A DNA stretch of 64,000 nucleotides, taken from the NCBI GenBank assembly GCA_963833095.1, contig CAWHWQ010000005.1, forward strand, positions 32,001 to 96,000, given 5' to 3'. This document shows, piece by piece, positions 1 to 10,481 of the stretch; the first letter of the stretch is position 1, and each line of letters begins with the position of its first letter. Under the pieces are notes generated by a model, which saw nothing but the letters and a program-made list of their open reading frames with translations, was not told where the DNA came from and searched no databases. Source of the DNA: Vulcanimicrobiota bacterium (lineage in GTDB: Bacteria > Vulcanimicrobiota > Vulcanimicrobiia > Vulcanimicrobiales > Vulcanimicrobiaceae). The translations under genes were made by a program, and so were the position numbers.

Positions 1-489
1 ACCCCCGGCATAGATCGCGGGGCCGTAGGCCATCACCGCGTCGGTCCAGGCTGGATCGAGCGTGTAGAACGGGCTCCAGGCGTCGTTCCATTGCCCGGCG
101 GCGCGCATCCGATCACAATTTGGCGTTGCGACGTGCTTCTCTGTTGCTGTTACGCCGGCGTTCTTCGCCTCTTCGAGAAGAATCGGCGCGCCAAGACTGC
201 ACGTGTGAATAGATAAGAGCGACGCCATCATTAGCACGGTCAAGAGCTCGTCGCGTGTCGCACCGGCGGCAAGCGCCCTGCGGATATGAAGCCGCGTCCC
301 ATCCGCGTTGAGGTTCGTGCATGCCACATTGAAGGCAACGCAAATCAGCTCGACGGTTTTGCGGTCGAGCGCTCCGTTCCACGGATCGTCGGTTACCTTT
401 TCCAGCGCTGCGCTCATCTCGGGCGCCCAACGTGCCAACTGGTCGAAGGCCGCCGCGTCCCACGGCCCAGGTTCGTCCACCGTCTTCAC
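1..489 (-). CDS. Carboxymuconolactone decarboxylase/AhpD-like family protein (runs off the window start)
   Basis: Not in the ORF track. Manual translation from GTG at 489, overlapping the upstream stop, gives MKTVDEPGPWD...LDRKTVELICVAFNVACTNLNADGTRLHIRRALAAGATRDELL...TPNCDRMRAAGQWNDAW, open to base 1. Confidence 0.75.
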   Translation of the reverse strand, partial: MKTVDEPGPWDAAAFDQLARWAPEMSAALEKVTDDPWNGALDRKTVELICVAFNVACTNLNADGTRLHIRRALAAGATRDELLTVLMMASLLSIHTCSLGAPILLEEAKNAGVTATEKHVATPNCDRMRAAGQWNDAWSPFYTLDPAWTDAVMAYGPAIYAGG

Positions 490-1604
490 GCCAGCATGTG
501 TCCGTCGGAGCCCGCAAAGACGGTCTCGCGCAGTTTGCCGTCCGACTTGTGAACCAAGAAGCCTTGATGTCCCGCCTCGCGATTTGGCGGGAGGCCGAGA
601 TTTGCGAGCGTCTCTTCGACCGAGTTGTACGTCACGCCGATCTTGAGCATCTGCCGTGCCTGCTCGGGGGTAGCGATGTCGCGGCCGATCAAGCGCGCCA
701 TTTGCACGTGCTTCTGGATCATTTGAACGGTATTTGCCCGGACGCCCTTTTTGACGTCCCAAAGATTATCCTCGATACCGGCGCGTGTATGCTGTCCAAG
801 CGCGATCATCATCATCGAGATCGGGTACGTCAAGCGAAACGTGGTTTGATACGTAAAGAACGAGCCGTGCGGCGTTCTGCGCACGAGTTCCATGAGGTCG
901 AACGGGTTTGCCCCGCAGATTCCGCCGCCCCCGGTGCTGAAGAATCCATTCATCGGCCCCATGTACTCGCCTCGGCGAACCATTCGCTCCACCAGTTCGA
1001 GCCCATGGATGTGTGGTAGCGCGAAGTACGGCTGTATCCCGTGCTCAACGCAGAGCCGGGTCTCTTCGACATAGAAGTCCGGAGTCGCATCGGCGACCAT
1101 GTTCGAAATCCCGTGCATCGCGTCTTCGTTGCAAAGGCGCGTCCCCTCGAACGCATCCATCGGATGCAACGCGGTCAAGTCGTAGAGTGAGGTGCCGCAC
1201 GATACCGTTATCTGATCTGGTTTGGGATCGATAGTCACCAGCTTGTGCCGCTGTTCGTACGTGCCGAAGGCACCGACCTCGCCCGGCTCTGGCGCAAATG
1301 AGATCGACCCGCCGACCTGGAGGATCATCTTCGGCACAGCTTCGCGGACGCGCGCGATCTGCTCGCCGTACTCTTTAAAGTTCTTCGAGATGTGCCCCGT
1401 CTTGGGATCGCGGACATGAATGTGCAAGAGCGTTGCGCCCGCGTTGTAACAGTCCACGGCCGCTTGAACTTGCTCGTCCCAGGTAAGGGGTATGTAACCG
1501 GGCGGCCCGTCTTGTGGCATCCACATCGGCCCATACGGGGCTGCCGTGATCATGAGCGGGGCCATGTTCTCGGGAAGAAGCGAATCGTCAGTAAAATATG
1601 CCAT
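486..1604 (-). CDS. 3-keto-5-aminohexanoate cleavage enzyme (BKACE) family protein
   Basis: LMITAAP, PLTWDEQVQAAVDCYNAGATLLHIHVRD and HTRAGIEDNL motifs. Confidence 0.88.
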   Translation of the reverse strand: MAYFTDDSLLPENMAPLMITAAPYGPMWMPQDGPPGYIPLTWDEQVQAAVDCYNAGATLLHIHVRDPKTGHISKNFKEYGEQIARVREAVPKMILQVGGSISFAPEPGEVGAFGTYEQRHKLVTIDPKPDQITVSCGTSLYDLTALHPMDAFEGTRLCNEDAMHGISNMVADATPDFYVEETRLCVEHGIQPYFALPHIHGLELVERMVRRGEYMGPMNGFFSTGGGGICGANPFDLMELVRRTPHGSFFTYQTTFRLTYPISMMMIALGQHTRAGIEDNLWDVKKGVRANTVQMIQKHVQMARLIGRDIATPEQARQMLKIGVTYNSVEETLANLGLPPNREAGHQGFLVHKSDGKLRETVFAGSDGHMLA

Positions 1605-1696
1605 GGTTTTCCTCTTTAAGCGGCCTGCGTCGCAACTATGCTAAGCCTAAATAGGGAGAATCTGCTATCCGAGTTTCGCAAGGCGTTCCTGGGACG

Positions 1697-2719
1697 CTAG
1701 ACTGCCGCGACGGCGACGATGTCTCCGTTAACCTCGGTTCCCGCGCTGACATGCGTATCCTTGCCGACGATTGCGCCGCGCAGATGCGCTCCGGCGCCGA
1801 TCGTGCTCTCTTCCCAGACGATGCTCGCTTCGATAATCGCGCCGGCTTCGACGACCGTGCCGTCGCCGATTACCGATGGCCCGATAATGCGCACGCGCTC
1901 GCCGATGCGGGCCTGCGCGCCGATCCACACATTTGCATCAATCGCTGCGCTGGGAGAAATGCGCGCGCTCGGATCAGCGCCGTTCGCGCGCGTGTCCGGA
2001 ATGCGAAACGCGCCGTTGACAACGTCGGCGCTGGCGCGCCGGTATTCACCCGGCGTACCGATATCGCACCAATACGCGCCGCGCGCGTCGTAACCGTAGA
2101 ACGGCAAGCCGTCGCGCAGCAATTCTGGAAAAACTTGCTTGCCGAAATCGTAGAACGTGTCCGCGGGGATGCACTCGAAGATCTGCGGTGAGAAGACGTA
2201 GATGCCGGTATTCACCGCTTTGCTGCGCTCGGTTCCGGGCACGGGCTTTTCTTGAAAGCCCGTGATGCGGCCGTCGGGATCGGTCACCACGACGCCGTAT
2301 TGATCCACCGCATCGCGCGTCACCAAACCAATCGTTGCAACGGCGTGCTTGGCTTCGTGCATCGCGACGATGCGGTCGAGCGGGAGATCGGTCAGATCAT
2401 CGCAGCCGACGACGACGAAGGACTCGTTGCCGAAAAATTGCGCCATCGGTTTGAGGGCGCCGGCGCTGCCCATCAAGGTCGCTTCGTGCAAATACTCCAA
2501 GCGAACGCCGAACGCCGCCCCGTCGCCGAGCGTGCTGGTAATGGCGTCGGCGAGATAGTGCACGTTGATCGCGATCTCGTCGTGTCCAAACGACTTGAGA
2601 TATTTGATAAGGTGGATCGCGTTGGGCACGCCGGCGACCGGAACGAGGGGCTTGGGTACCGTCTTGGTGAGCGGATACAGGCGCGTCGAGAGCCCGCCGG
2701 CCAAGAGCATCGCCTTCAC
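1697..2719 (-). CDS. NDP-sugar synthase (mannose-1-phosphate guanylyltransferase-like) with C-terminal hexapeptide repeats
   Basis: KAMLLAGGLSTRLYPLTKTVPKPLVP, FQEKP and YWCDIGTP motifs; the GTG start overlaps the upstream stop. Confidence 0.88.
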   Translation of the reverse strand: MKAMLLAGGLSTRLYPLTKTVPKPLVPVAGVPNAIHLIKYLKSFGHDEIAINVHYLADAITSTLGDGAAFGVRLEYLHEATLMGSAGALKPMAQFFGNESFVVVGCDDLTDLPLDRIVAMHEAKHAVATIGLVTRDAVDQYGVVVTDPDGRITGFQEKPVPGTERSKAVNTGIYVFSPQIFECIPADTFYDFGKQVFPELLRDGLPFYGYDARGAYWCDIGTPGEYRRASADVVNGAFRIPDTRANGADPSARISPSAAIDANVWIGAQARIGERVRIIGPSVIGDGTVVEAGAIIEASIVWEESTIGAGAHLRGAIVGKDTHVSAGTEVNGDIVAVAAV

Positions 2720-3471
2720 GTATCGTTGATACCTTTCTGTCTTCGTACACCCAGCCGGTCGAGCGCAACCAGCCATATAAAATACGGGAGCGCGAGTTGA
2801 CGGCGCACGCGTTGCGGTTCACGGATCAAACGGTAGAGCCATTCGAGGCCGAGTTGGCGCCAAATCATCGGCGCGCGTTTTACGCGACCGCTGACCACGT
2901 CGAGCGAGCCGCCGATTCCCATTCCCACGCCGCATCCGGTCGCGCGCAGATTTCGTGACAACCACATCTCTTGCCGCGGAAAACCTAGACCAACGAAGAC
3001 GATGCGCGCGCCGCTGCTTCGAATCGCATCGACAATCGCCGGTTCCTCCTCGCTCGTGAAAAACCCGTTGCGCGTACCGGCGACGATCAATCCCGGGAAG
3101 CTGCACTCGAGAATTGCCGCGGCATCAGCGGCAACGCCTTCGGCGCCGCCAAAGAGATACACTGGGAGGCCTTCCGCAGCGGCGTGTTGGCAAAGCTTTT
3201 CCAGCAGATCGACGCCGGTGACGCGCTTTTGCAGCTTTGCGCCGCGACTCTGCGCGACAGCAAGCAACCCGACCCCGTCGCAAAGCGAGAGCGCGCTTGC
3301 ATTCACCACCGCGCGAAACGCCGCGTCATGCTGCGCGTAGACCACCATCTCGGTGCCCAGCGTCACGACTTGTGCGGCGGCGCCTTCGCTCGCGTAGTGC
3401 AGGATCGCGTCGGTCGCTTCGTCCTGATCGAGCAGGTCGAGGCGACAGCCCAGAATATCGATCGAATCCAA
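2716..3471 (-). CDS. WecB/TagA/CpsF family glycosyltransferase
   Basis: RVTGVDL, VFVGLGFPRQE and RAPMIWRQLGLEWLYRLIREPQR motifs; TTG start inferred. Confidence 0.9.
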   Translation of the reverse strand: MDSIDILGCRLDLLDQDEATDAILHYASEGAAAQVVTLGTEMVVYAQHDAAFRAVVNASALSLCDGVGLLAVAQSRGAKLQKRVTGVDLLEKLCQHAAAEGLPVYLFGGAEGVAADAAAILECSFPGLIVAGTRNGFFTSEEEPAIVDAIRSSGARIVFVGLGFPRQEMWLSRNLRATGCGVGMGIGGSLDVVSGRVKRAPMIWRQLGLEWLYRLIREPQRVRRQLALPYFIWLVALDRLGVRRQKGINDT

Positions 3472-3482
3472 GGTTAGCGTAC

Positions 3483-4370
3483 TTATGCCGTCGTCAGGTA
3501 CGACGCGATGAGCGGACGCAAACGCTCGACGAGCGCAGGCGGCAGTTGATCCAGCGGCGGACGGCAGCGTCCCACTTTGAAGCCAAGCTCGCCCATCGCC
3601 CACTTGATCGCGATCGGGCTGGTCACCGTAAAGAGCACGTCGGTGAGATCCAGCAGACCGTTGTGAATCGCCGCTGCGGCTTTGACGTCGCCGCGCTCGA
3701 ATGCGTCGGCCATGTCGCCGTACTCGCGCGAACACAGATGCGAGGTCACGCCGACCACGCCGTCGGCGCCCACGGCAAGCGAGGGCAGAAACAGATAATC
3801 GTCGCCCGACCACACGATAAAACCGGGAGACCGGTCGCGCACGATGGTTGCAATCTGCTCGAGGTCGCCGCTGGATTCTTTCACGCCGACGATATTTGCG
3901 TGCCGCCGGTTGAGCTCGAGTAGCGTGGCCGGCAGCATGTTCGCTGCCGTGCGCCCCGGGATATTGTAGACGATCACCGGCAACGTCGTCGCATCGGCAA
4001 CCGCGCCGAAAAATTCGAGCATGCCGCCCTGCGTCGGCTTCACATAGGGCGGAACGACGACGAGCAGCGCGTCCGCACCGGCGTCTTGCGCCTCCTTACC
4101 GGTACGAATCGTCGAACGCACGTCGTTCGTGCCGACATTCGCGATCATCGTCCGATCACGGCCAATCGCCGTTTTGACCGTCGCGAAGAGTTTGCTGCGC
4201 TCGTCGGAATCGAGCGTCGCTCCTTCACCGGTTGTTCCCGCGACCACGAGCCCGTCATTCCCGCGATCGACCAACCAGCGTGCAATGCTCGCGGCCTCTT
4301 TGCTGTCCAGATTGCCATGTTCATCGAACGGCGTGATCATCGCCGTCAGTATGCGTCCAAAACGACTCAT
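3483..4370 (-). CDS. dapA: 4-hydroxy-tetrahydrodipicolinate synthase
   Basis: TAMITPF, GTTGEG, VYNIPGRT and GVKESSGD motifs; dap operon context. Confidence 0.95.
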   Translation of the reverse strand: MSRFGRILTAMITPFDEHGNLDSKEAASIARWLVDRGNDGLVVAGTTGEGATLDSDERSKLFATVKTAIGRDRTMIANVGTNDVRSTIRTGKEAQDAGADALLVVVPPYVKPTQGGMLEFFGAVADATTLPVIVYNIPGRTAANMLPATLLELNRRHANIVGVKESSGDLEQIATIVRDRSPGFIVWSGDDYLFLPSLAVGADGVVGVTSHLCSREYGDMADAFERGDVKAAAAIHNGLLDLTDVLFTVTSPIAIKWAMGELGFKVGRCRPPLDQLPPALVERLRPLIASYLTTA

Positions 4371-5590
4371 GACTCGTCTCCCGTCGCGAGGTGGAATTGA
4401 TCGTGCACGGCGGCTTCGGCCCGCGTCACGTCGGCCTCCGGCACTAAGATGGAAATCGTGATGTTGCTGTCGGTGCAATGAATGATCTCGACGTCGGCGC
4501 GGCTCAGCGCGAGCACACACTGATGCACGACGCCGGGCAGATAGCGCATGCCGGTGCCGACCACCGAGATCTTGGCGCAACCCTCGCGCACGCGCACCGC
4601 GAGATTGAGATCGCCCAGCAGCGCGCGCACTTCGTTGCCGCGATCGCCGTCGACCACAAACGCGACGCCGGCCTGATTGATCGTGACTTGATCGATGGAG
4701 ATCTCGGCTTCGGCCATGCGCCGGAACATCTCGAGTTCGGTCTGCATCCGGTGCGAAGCATTTTCGATGTCGCCGCGGATCACGCGAATCCAGGTGACGC
4801 GCCCCGAGGCGGTCACGCCGGTTACCGGCCGCTCCGAATCGTATCCCGCGTCGACGATCGTGCCCAGATCGGTATGCAAACCTTTGATCGAATAGCGCGT
4901 ACCGGTGTATTCGGCAAAGCCGGCCGCCTTGTGATGCATCACTTTGGCGCCGTGCTGCGAGAGTTCGTGCATCTCTTCGAGCGAGGCGCGACCGATCACG
5001 TGCGCGGTCGGAACGCGGCGCGGATCGGCGGTCATCGCCCCGCTAACGTCGGTGTAGATGTCGACGCGATCGGCGCCTAGCGCGTGCCCGATCGCAATTG
5101 CCGTGAGATCGGTGCCGCCACGTCCGAGCGTCGTGACCGTGCCGTCTTCGGTCGTGCCTTGAAAGCCCGCGATCACCGGCACCGCGCCGCGCTCGAGCAG
5201 CGCGCTTACCGCGTGCGGCTCGACCCGCAGAATCTTCGCGTCGCTGTGCGCGCCGTCGGTCACGATGCCGGCCTGCGCACCGGTCATCGCTTGCGCCTCA
5301 ACGTTCATTGCGCGCAGTTCCTCGGCAAAGACTGCGGCAGCAATCAATTCGCCACAAGCCAAAAGCATATCCGAGTTCGCGCTGCCCGTATTGCCGCCGA
5401 TGAGGCCCAGCAGCGTATCGGTCGCATACGGTGAGGGTGCGCGGCCCATCGCGGAAACAACCGCAACCGGCGCATATCCGGCTTCACGCGCGTCGAGAAT
5501 GCGCGCGAACGCGGCTTCGCGCTGCTCGCGCGTCGCGACCGACGTGCCGCCGAATTTGAGAACCGCGATGCGTGCAACGGCGCTCGTCAT
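4367..5590 (-). CDS. lysC: Aspartate kinase (DapG/LysC type)
   Basis: VLKFGGTSV, TTLGRGGTDLTA and IYTDVSG motifs, C-terminal ACT domains. Confidence 0.93.
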   Translation of the reverse strand: MTSAVARIAVLKFGGTSVATREQREAAFARILDAREAGYAPVAVVSAMGRAPSPYATDTLLGLIGGNTGSANSDMLLACGELIAAAVFAEELRAMNVEAQAMTGAQAGIVTDGAHSDAKILRVEPHAVSALLERGAVPVIAGFQGTTEDGTVTTLGRGGTDLTAIAIGHALGADRVDIYTDVSGAMTADPRRVPTAHVIGRASLEEMHELSQHGAKVMHHKAAGFAEYTGTRYSIKGLHTDLGTIVDAGYDSERPVTGVTASGRVTWIRVIRGDIENASHRMQTELEMFRRMAEAEISIDQVTINQAGVAFVVDGDRGNEVRALLGDLNLAVRVREGCAKISVVGTGMRYLPGVVHQCVLALSRADVEIIHCTDSNITISILVPEADVTRAEAAVHDQFHLATGDES

Positions 5591-6558
5591 CCCAGCGACC
5601 CTCGTTCCAAGAGTAGTTCGAGAATTTGTACGGCGTTGGTGGCCGCGCCTTTACGCAGCTGATCGCCGACGCACCACAGAACGAAGTGGCGGTTCGAATG
5701 TTCGTACTCGCGTCGCAACCGCGCGACGTGCACGAGATCCGTGCCCTCAACGTCACGCGGCGTGACGATGCCGTCGGGGTGATACACCACGCCGGGTGCC
5801 TGCGCGAGCCCCGCGCCGAGTGCCTCGACGCTCGTATCGCGATCGGTCTCGATCCACACCGCCTCCGAATGCGCGGTGCGCACCGGCACGCGGACGGTGG
5901 TTGCACTGACGAAGAGGTCGGGAAGGCCGAGCATCTTGCGCGTCTCTTCGACAACCTTGCGCTCTTCGCCGGTATAGCCGGAAGCATCGAACGAGCCGAT
6001 TTGCGGAATGACGTTGCGCGCCAACGGACGTGGAAAGGCCGAGGGCTGCGGTTCGCCCTGGCCGCTCGCGATCGCACGTTCGCCGGCGAGCAGCTCGTCG
6101 AGTCCCGCGCGGCCGGCGCCGCTGGCCGATTGGTACGTCGCCACGCGTACGCTGCGCAGCCCGGCGGCGTCGCGAATCGGCGCGAGCGCCGTGCACAAGA
6201 TGATGGCGGTGCAGTTGGCGACGGGAAAGAGCCGGTGTTCGGGCGCGACATCGCCGGGATTGACCTCGGGAATGACCAGCGGCACACCGGCGCGCATGCG
6301 AAACGTCGAACTGTTGTCGATGACGTAGGTTCCGTGCTCGACCAGCGCAGGTGCATAGGTTTCGCTTGCATCCTCGCCGCCGGCAAAAAAGACGACGTCG
6401 AAATCCCGTAAGCGTTCGGGCGTTGTCGCCTCGATGCCGTCGCGCGCGCGCGAGGCAAACCGTCCGAGCGTATCCACCGGCACGTTGCGCTCTTCCAGGA
6501 CGCGCAGGATCGTCTCGCCGACGACGCCGGTCGCGCCGACGATCGCAACTTTAAGCAT
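5587..6558 (-). CDS. asd: Aspartate-semialdehyde dehydrogenase
   Basis: VAIVGATGVVG, IDNSSTFRM, ANCT, TYQSASGAG and DQLRKGAATNAVQI motifs. Confidence 0.95.
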   Translation of the reverse strand: MLKVAIVGATGVVGETILRVLEERNVPVDTLGRFASRARDGIEATTPERLRDFDVVFFAGGEDASETYAPALVEHGTYVIDNSSTFRMRAGVPLVIPEVNPGDVAPEHRLFPVANCTAIILCTALAPIRDAAGLRSVRVATYQSASGAGRAGLDELLAGERAIASGQGEPQPSAFPRPLARNVIPQIGSFDASGYTGEERKVVEETRKMLGLPDLFVSATTVRVPVRTAHSEAVWIETDRDTSVEALGAGLAQAPGVVYHPDGIVTPRDVEGTDLVHVARLRREYEHSNRHFVLWCVGDQLRKGAATNAVQILELLLERGSLG

Positions 6559-7240
6559 CGAGTCCCACTTGCACGCCACGCACGCCCATCACCGCGTGCA
6601 CCGCCGCGAGCATCCCCGGAACGAAGGACTCACGCGAGAACGAATCGTGACGAATCGTCAGCAGCTCGCCGTCGGTTCCAAAAAGCACTTCTTGATGGGC
6701 GAGCAGTCCGCGCATACGTACGCTATGAATCGGCGTCTGTTCGGGTCCGCCGCCCTCCGCGATGCGTTCGGCGGTGAGTTTTGCCGTACCCGAGGGCGCA
6801 TCGATCTTACGATCGTGATGAAGTTCGATGATCTCGACACTTGGGAAATGGCGCGCGGCTTCTTGCGCAAAACGCATCATCAAGATCGCACCGATCGAAA
6901 AATTGGGCACGATCATCGCGCCGAGGTTACGTTCGAGCGCCACTGCTTCCAACGCTTGCCGATCTGCGTCGCTCCAACCGCTGACGCCAATCACCGGTCG
7001 AACGCCGTGCGCGAGCGCGTTCATTGAGATTACAACGCTATCGGGCTGCGTCGTGAGATCCAACAGCACATCGGGCTTGCCGACGTGTAGGAGTTCCTCG
7101 AAGTCGGTCACGATCTGCTCGTCGGGTTCGCGCGTGCGCGCCAAGCCGCCGGCGTAGCTAACGTCGGTGGCTAGTTTGAGTGCGGTACACGCGACTCGGC
7201 CCATTCTCCCGAGTGCGCCCGCTACAGCAACGCGCAGCAT
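6551..7240 (-). CDS. dapB: 4-hydroxy-tetrahydrodipicolinate reductase
   Basis: VAGALGRMG, PNFSIG and EIIELHHDRKIDAPSGTA motifs. Confidence 0.95.
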   Translation of the reverse strand: MLRVAVAGALGRMGRVACTALKLATDVSYAGGLARTREPDEQIVTDFEELLHVGKPDVLLDLTTQPDSVVISMNALAHGVRPVIGVSGWSDADRQALEAVALERNLGAMIVPNFSIGAILMMRFAQEAARHFPSVEIIELHHDRKIDAPSGTAKLTAERIAEGGGPEQTPIHSVRMRGLLAHQEVLFGTDGELLTIRHDSFSRESFVPGMLAAVHAVMGVRGVQVGLDA

Positions 7241-7257
7241 CGGCGATTCTCGGCGGG

Positions 7258-9424
7258 CTACAGTTTCTCTAGGGGGGCGTACTTTAACATGAGCATCTTC
7301 TGCCCAACGTTGGGGAAGTCAATGGTTATGAAGCCATCGCCGCCCGCGCCGACCAAACCGCGAATCGTTCCCTCGCCCCATTTCGGATGGCGGACCTTAT
7401 CGCCGTCGCAAAGGTTCATCGACATACCGGCACCGGCCGATTCGTGAATCGCGACTTCGCGCCAACGGCCACCCGACGGCCGCGGAAGGACGACGCTGTC
7501 GCTTTCGAGCACGTCCAGACCGGGCATCTCTTCAATGAAGCGCGACTTCGGATAGGCATAGGTGTTGCCGAACAGCGCGCGGCGCTGCGCATAGGAAAGG
7601 AAGAGCCGATCCATGGCGCGGGTCACGCCTACGTAGGCAAGGCGGCGCTCTTCTTCCAGCTCGGTAACGTCGGTGAGCGCGCGGCTGTGCGGGAAGACGC
7701 CCTCTTCGAGTCCGGTGAGGAAGACGTGCGAGAATTCGAGACCCTTGGCTCCATGCATGGTCATCAAGGTGACATAGGACGTATCCGGATCGAGCGCGTC
7801 GAGATCGCTGATCAACGCTACGTTGGTGAGGAAGCCCGAGAGGGTCGCTTCGGCATCGCCGCCTTCGTACTCGCGCGCGACGCCGATGAGCTCTTGCAGA
7901 TTTTCGACACGCGCCCGCGCATCATGCGTTTCTTCGGCTTGCAGTTCGCGCACGTAGCCCGAGTCTTCCATGACGCTGACGAGCAGATCGGCGACGCTCA
8001 TATCCTCGGCCCGGCTCGCGGAAGTTGCGGATCAAATCGGCAAAACGTTCGAGCTCCTTGAGCTTCTTGGGAACAGCCTCGCGCAGCAGTTCGCTATCGA
8101 AGATCGCCTCGCCGACCGAAAGGCCCTTGGCGTTCGCGGCTTGGACGAGTGCAGCTAGCGTCTGTTGTCCGATGCCGCGACGCGGGACGTTGACGATACG
8201 CTTGAATGCCAGCGCGTCGGCCGGATTGACGATGTAGCGCAGGTACGCGATCACGTCTTTGATCTCGGCGCGGGCGTAGAAGCCGACACCGCCGACGACG
8301 CGATACGGAATCCCGTCGGCAATCAGCGCCTCTTCAAAGACGCGCGATTGGGCGTTGGTACGGTAGAGCACCAAGAAATCTTTATAGGCCGCGCCGTCGC
8401 GAACCATCTGTTTGATCTTCTCGGTGGTGTAACGCGCTTCGTCACGCTCGGTCGCTGCGGCATAGACGGTAATTGCCTCGCCCTCAGCGCGGTTCGTGAA
8501 CAGCTTCTTGGGCGCGCGCGTCTTATTGTTGGCCACCAGCGCGTTGGCCGCGTCGAGAATGCGCTGCGTCGAGCGATAATTCTCTTCGAGCTTGAAGACC
8601 TTCGCGCCGGGGAAGTCCTCTTCGAAGCGCAGGATCATGCGATAGTCGCTGCCGCGCCACGAATAGATCGATTGATCGTCGTCGCCGACGACCGTGACGT
8701 TCTTGTGTTTGGCGCCCAGCAGCGCGATCAGGCGGTACTGCGCGATGTTGACGTCCTGGTACTCGTCGACCAGGATGTACTCAAACTTGTTTTGATACTT
8801 TTCGCGCACGTTTTCATCGCGCTCGAGCAGATCGATCGTGCGAACGATGAGGTCGTCGAAATCGAGGCTGTTCGATTCGCGCAGACGGCGCTCGTACTCG
8901 GTGTAGACGTTGGCCATCCGCTCGCCGAGAAACGAGGTCTGCTGCTCGTGAAACTTGTCGGGCCAAACCAGCGAGTTCTTCGCCTTGCTGATTTCGTGCA
9001 GGCAGGCGCCCGGGGCAAGTTGACGCTCATCGTAGTCGAGATCGTCGAGAATATCTTTGACGAGCTGGCGCTGGTCGGCATCGTCGATGATGGCAAAGCT
9101 CGGGGAAATACCGGCCTTGCTGCCGTCGCGGCGCAACATGCGCACGCACATCGCATGGAATGTTCCGACCCATAGATCGCGCGCCGCTGCACCGACCATG
9201 CGCTCGAGGCGCGTCTTCATTTCGCCGGCGGCCTTGTTGGTGAAGGTCACAGCGAAGATGCGATCCGGAGCAATTTTCTTGCGCCCGAGCAGCAATGCAA
9301 TGCGGTGCGTGAGCACGCGCGTCTTGCCGCTTCCGGCACCGGCGAATATCAAAACGGGACCGTCGGTATGTTCGACGGCCTGTGTTTGTATATCGTTGAG
9401 AGCTTCAGTCTCCAGGATCATCAT
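7258..9424 (-). CDS. pcrA: ATP-dependent DNA helicase PcrA/UvrD, split by one apparent 1-base insertion near 8012
   Basis: AGAGSGKT, LVDEYQD and LEENYRS in ORF 7922..9424; TMHGAKGLEF and EEERRLAYVGVTRA in ORF 7258..8001. Removing one C gives the continuous reading FRERAEDMSVADLL. Confidence 0.92.
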
Positions 9425-9454
9425 CCGGAGTGTATTCGCCGGGAATAGGCAATT

Positions 9455-10468
9455 CTACTCTTGTGCGTGGACCGCCGCAAGGTACGCAAGCGTCGATTCC
9501 GCACCCATATTCCGGTTTGGACCGTCCGCTTCCAGCCCATCATAGCATCCTCCGCCGTGCGCCATAGCGACGGCCAGCAGATTTTTTCCGTAGTACCACG
9601 CCGCCGCCATCGCAGCGGCCGCGCGGTTCGCGGGGTCGCCGAATGCGTCAAAAGCCGCAAGCTCGGCATCGACCATAGCCGCAGCTTCAAGGGGTTGCTG
9701 CGCAAAGCGGGCGCGCGGACCGCCGCGTGGGAACCAGCCGTCGTTGCCGACCGGCACGAAGACCCCGTCCTCGAAGACGGTGCGTTCCAAAAACGCCAGC
9801 GTGACCCGGCCAATCTCGAGTAGCCGGATATCATCGAGCACGTTGCCGGCCCGAAGCATCGCTTCGGACAGCCGGGCGTTGTCGTAGGTCATCACCGGTT
9901 CGAACCATTCCCACGCGTCGCTACGCTCGCGGTCATAGCGGGACGCGACCGACTGCGCGAGTTCGCGCAGCGCACCCGTGCGTTCCGGCGTCGGATCGCT
10001 CTCGCAGGCGTGCGCAAGACCCAACATCGCATACGCCTGCGCGCGCGGGTATTCGAGCCACGCAACGCAATTGAGGGCGCGGTCGAGCATCTGCGCGCAG
10101 ACACGCCGCCACGATGCCCGCGGCGCGTTGCGCACCGCAAACCCGAGCGACCACATCGCTCGCCCGACGCTGTCCTTCGTACCGACGTCGTCCAGCCATG
10201 CGCGCTCGTAACTCATGAAGTTGTGGAAACTGCCGTCGGGAAGTTGCGCGTGATGCAAAAACGCGAGGTACGTCGAGGCCAAACGCGACGCTACGGCGTC
10301 ATGAGGGTCGCGTGCGAGCCGCATGAGCATCACGATGAGCGCGCGCGACACATCATCGGTGCAATAGCCGGTCGATCGATCGGGAATGCTTTCGCGCGCG
10401 TGCTGGATGATCCCGACGTCGTCGGAAAGGGTCAGCACGTGATCGAGCGGAGGGAGCGAGCGAGCCAT
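9455..10468 (-). CDS. GT4-associated (alpha/alpha)6-toroid protein, the domain usually fused C-terminal to such GT4 enzymes
   Basis: LDHVLTLSDDVGIIQHA, GYCTDDVSRAL, WFEPVMTYDNARL and NMGAESTLAYL motifs. Confidence 0.7.
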   Translation of the reverse strand: MARSLPPLDHVLTLSDDVGIIQHARESIPDRSTGYCTDDVSRALIVMLMRLARDPHDAVASRLASTYLAFLHHAQLPDGSFHNFMSYERAWLDDVGTKDSVGRAMWSLGFAVRNAPRASWRRVCAQMLDRALNCVAWLEYPRAQAYAMLGLAHACESDPTPERTGALRELAQSVASRYDRERSDAWEWFEPVMTYDNARLSEAMLRAGNVLDDIRLLEIGRVTLAFLERTVFEDGVFVPVGNDGWFPRGGPRARFAQQPLEAAAMVDAELAAFDAFGDPANRAAAAMAAAWYYGKNLLAVAMAHGGGCYDGLEADGPNRNMGAESTLAYLAAVHAQE

Positions 10469-10481
10469 CCTCCCCCGGGTT

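Noticed and set aside
7241..7257. Lysine riboswitch before the dap operon
   Set aside because: The intergenic space is only 17 bp
7922..8030. Programmed frameshift or natural split of pcrA
   Set aside because: There is no slippery sequence, a single extra C explains the break, and similar indels are common in this assembly
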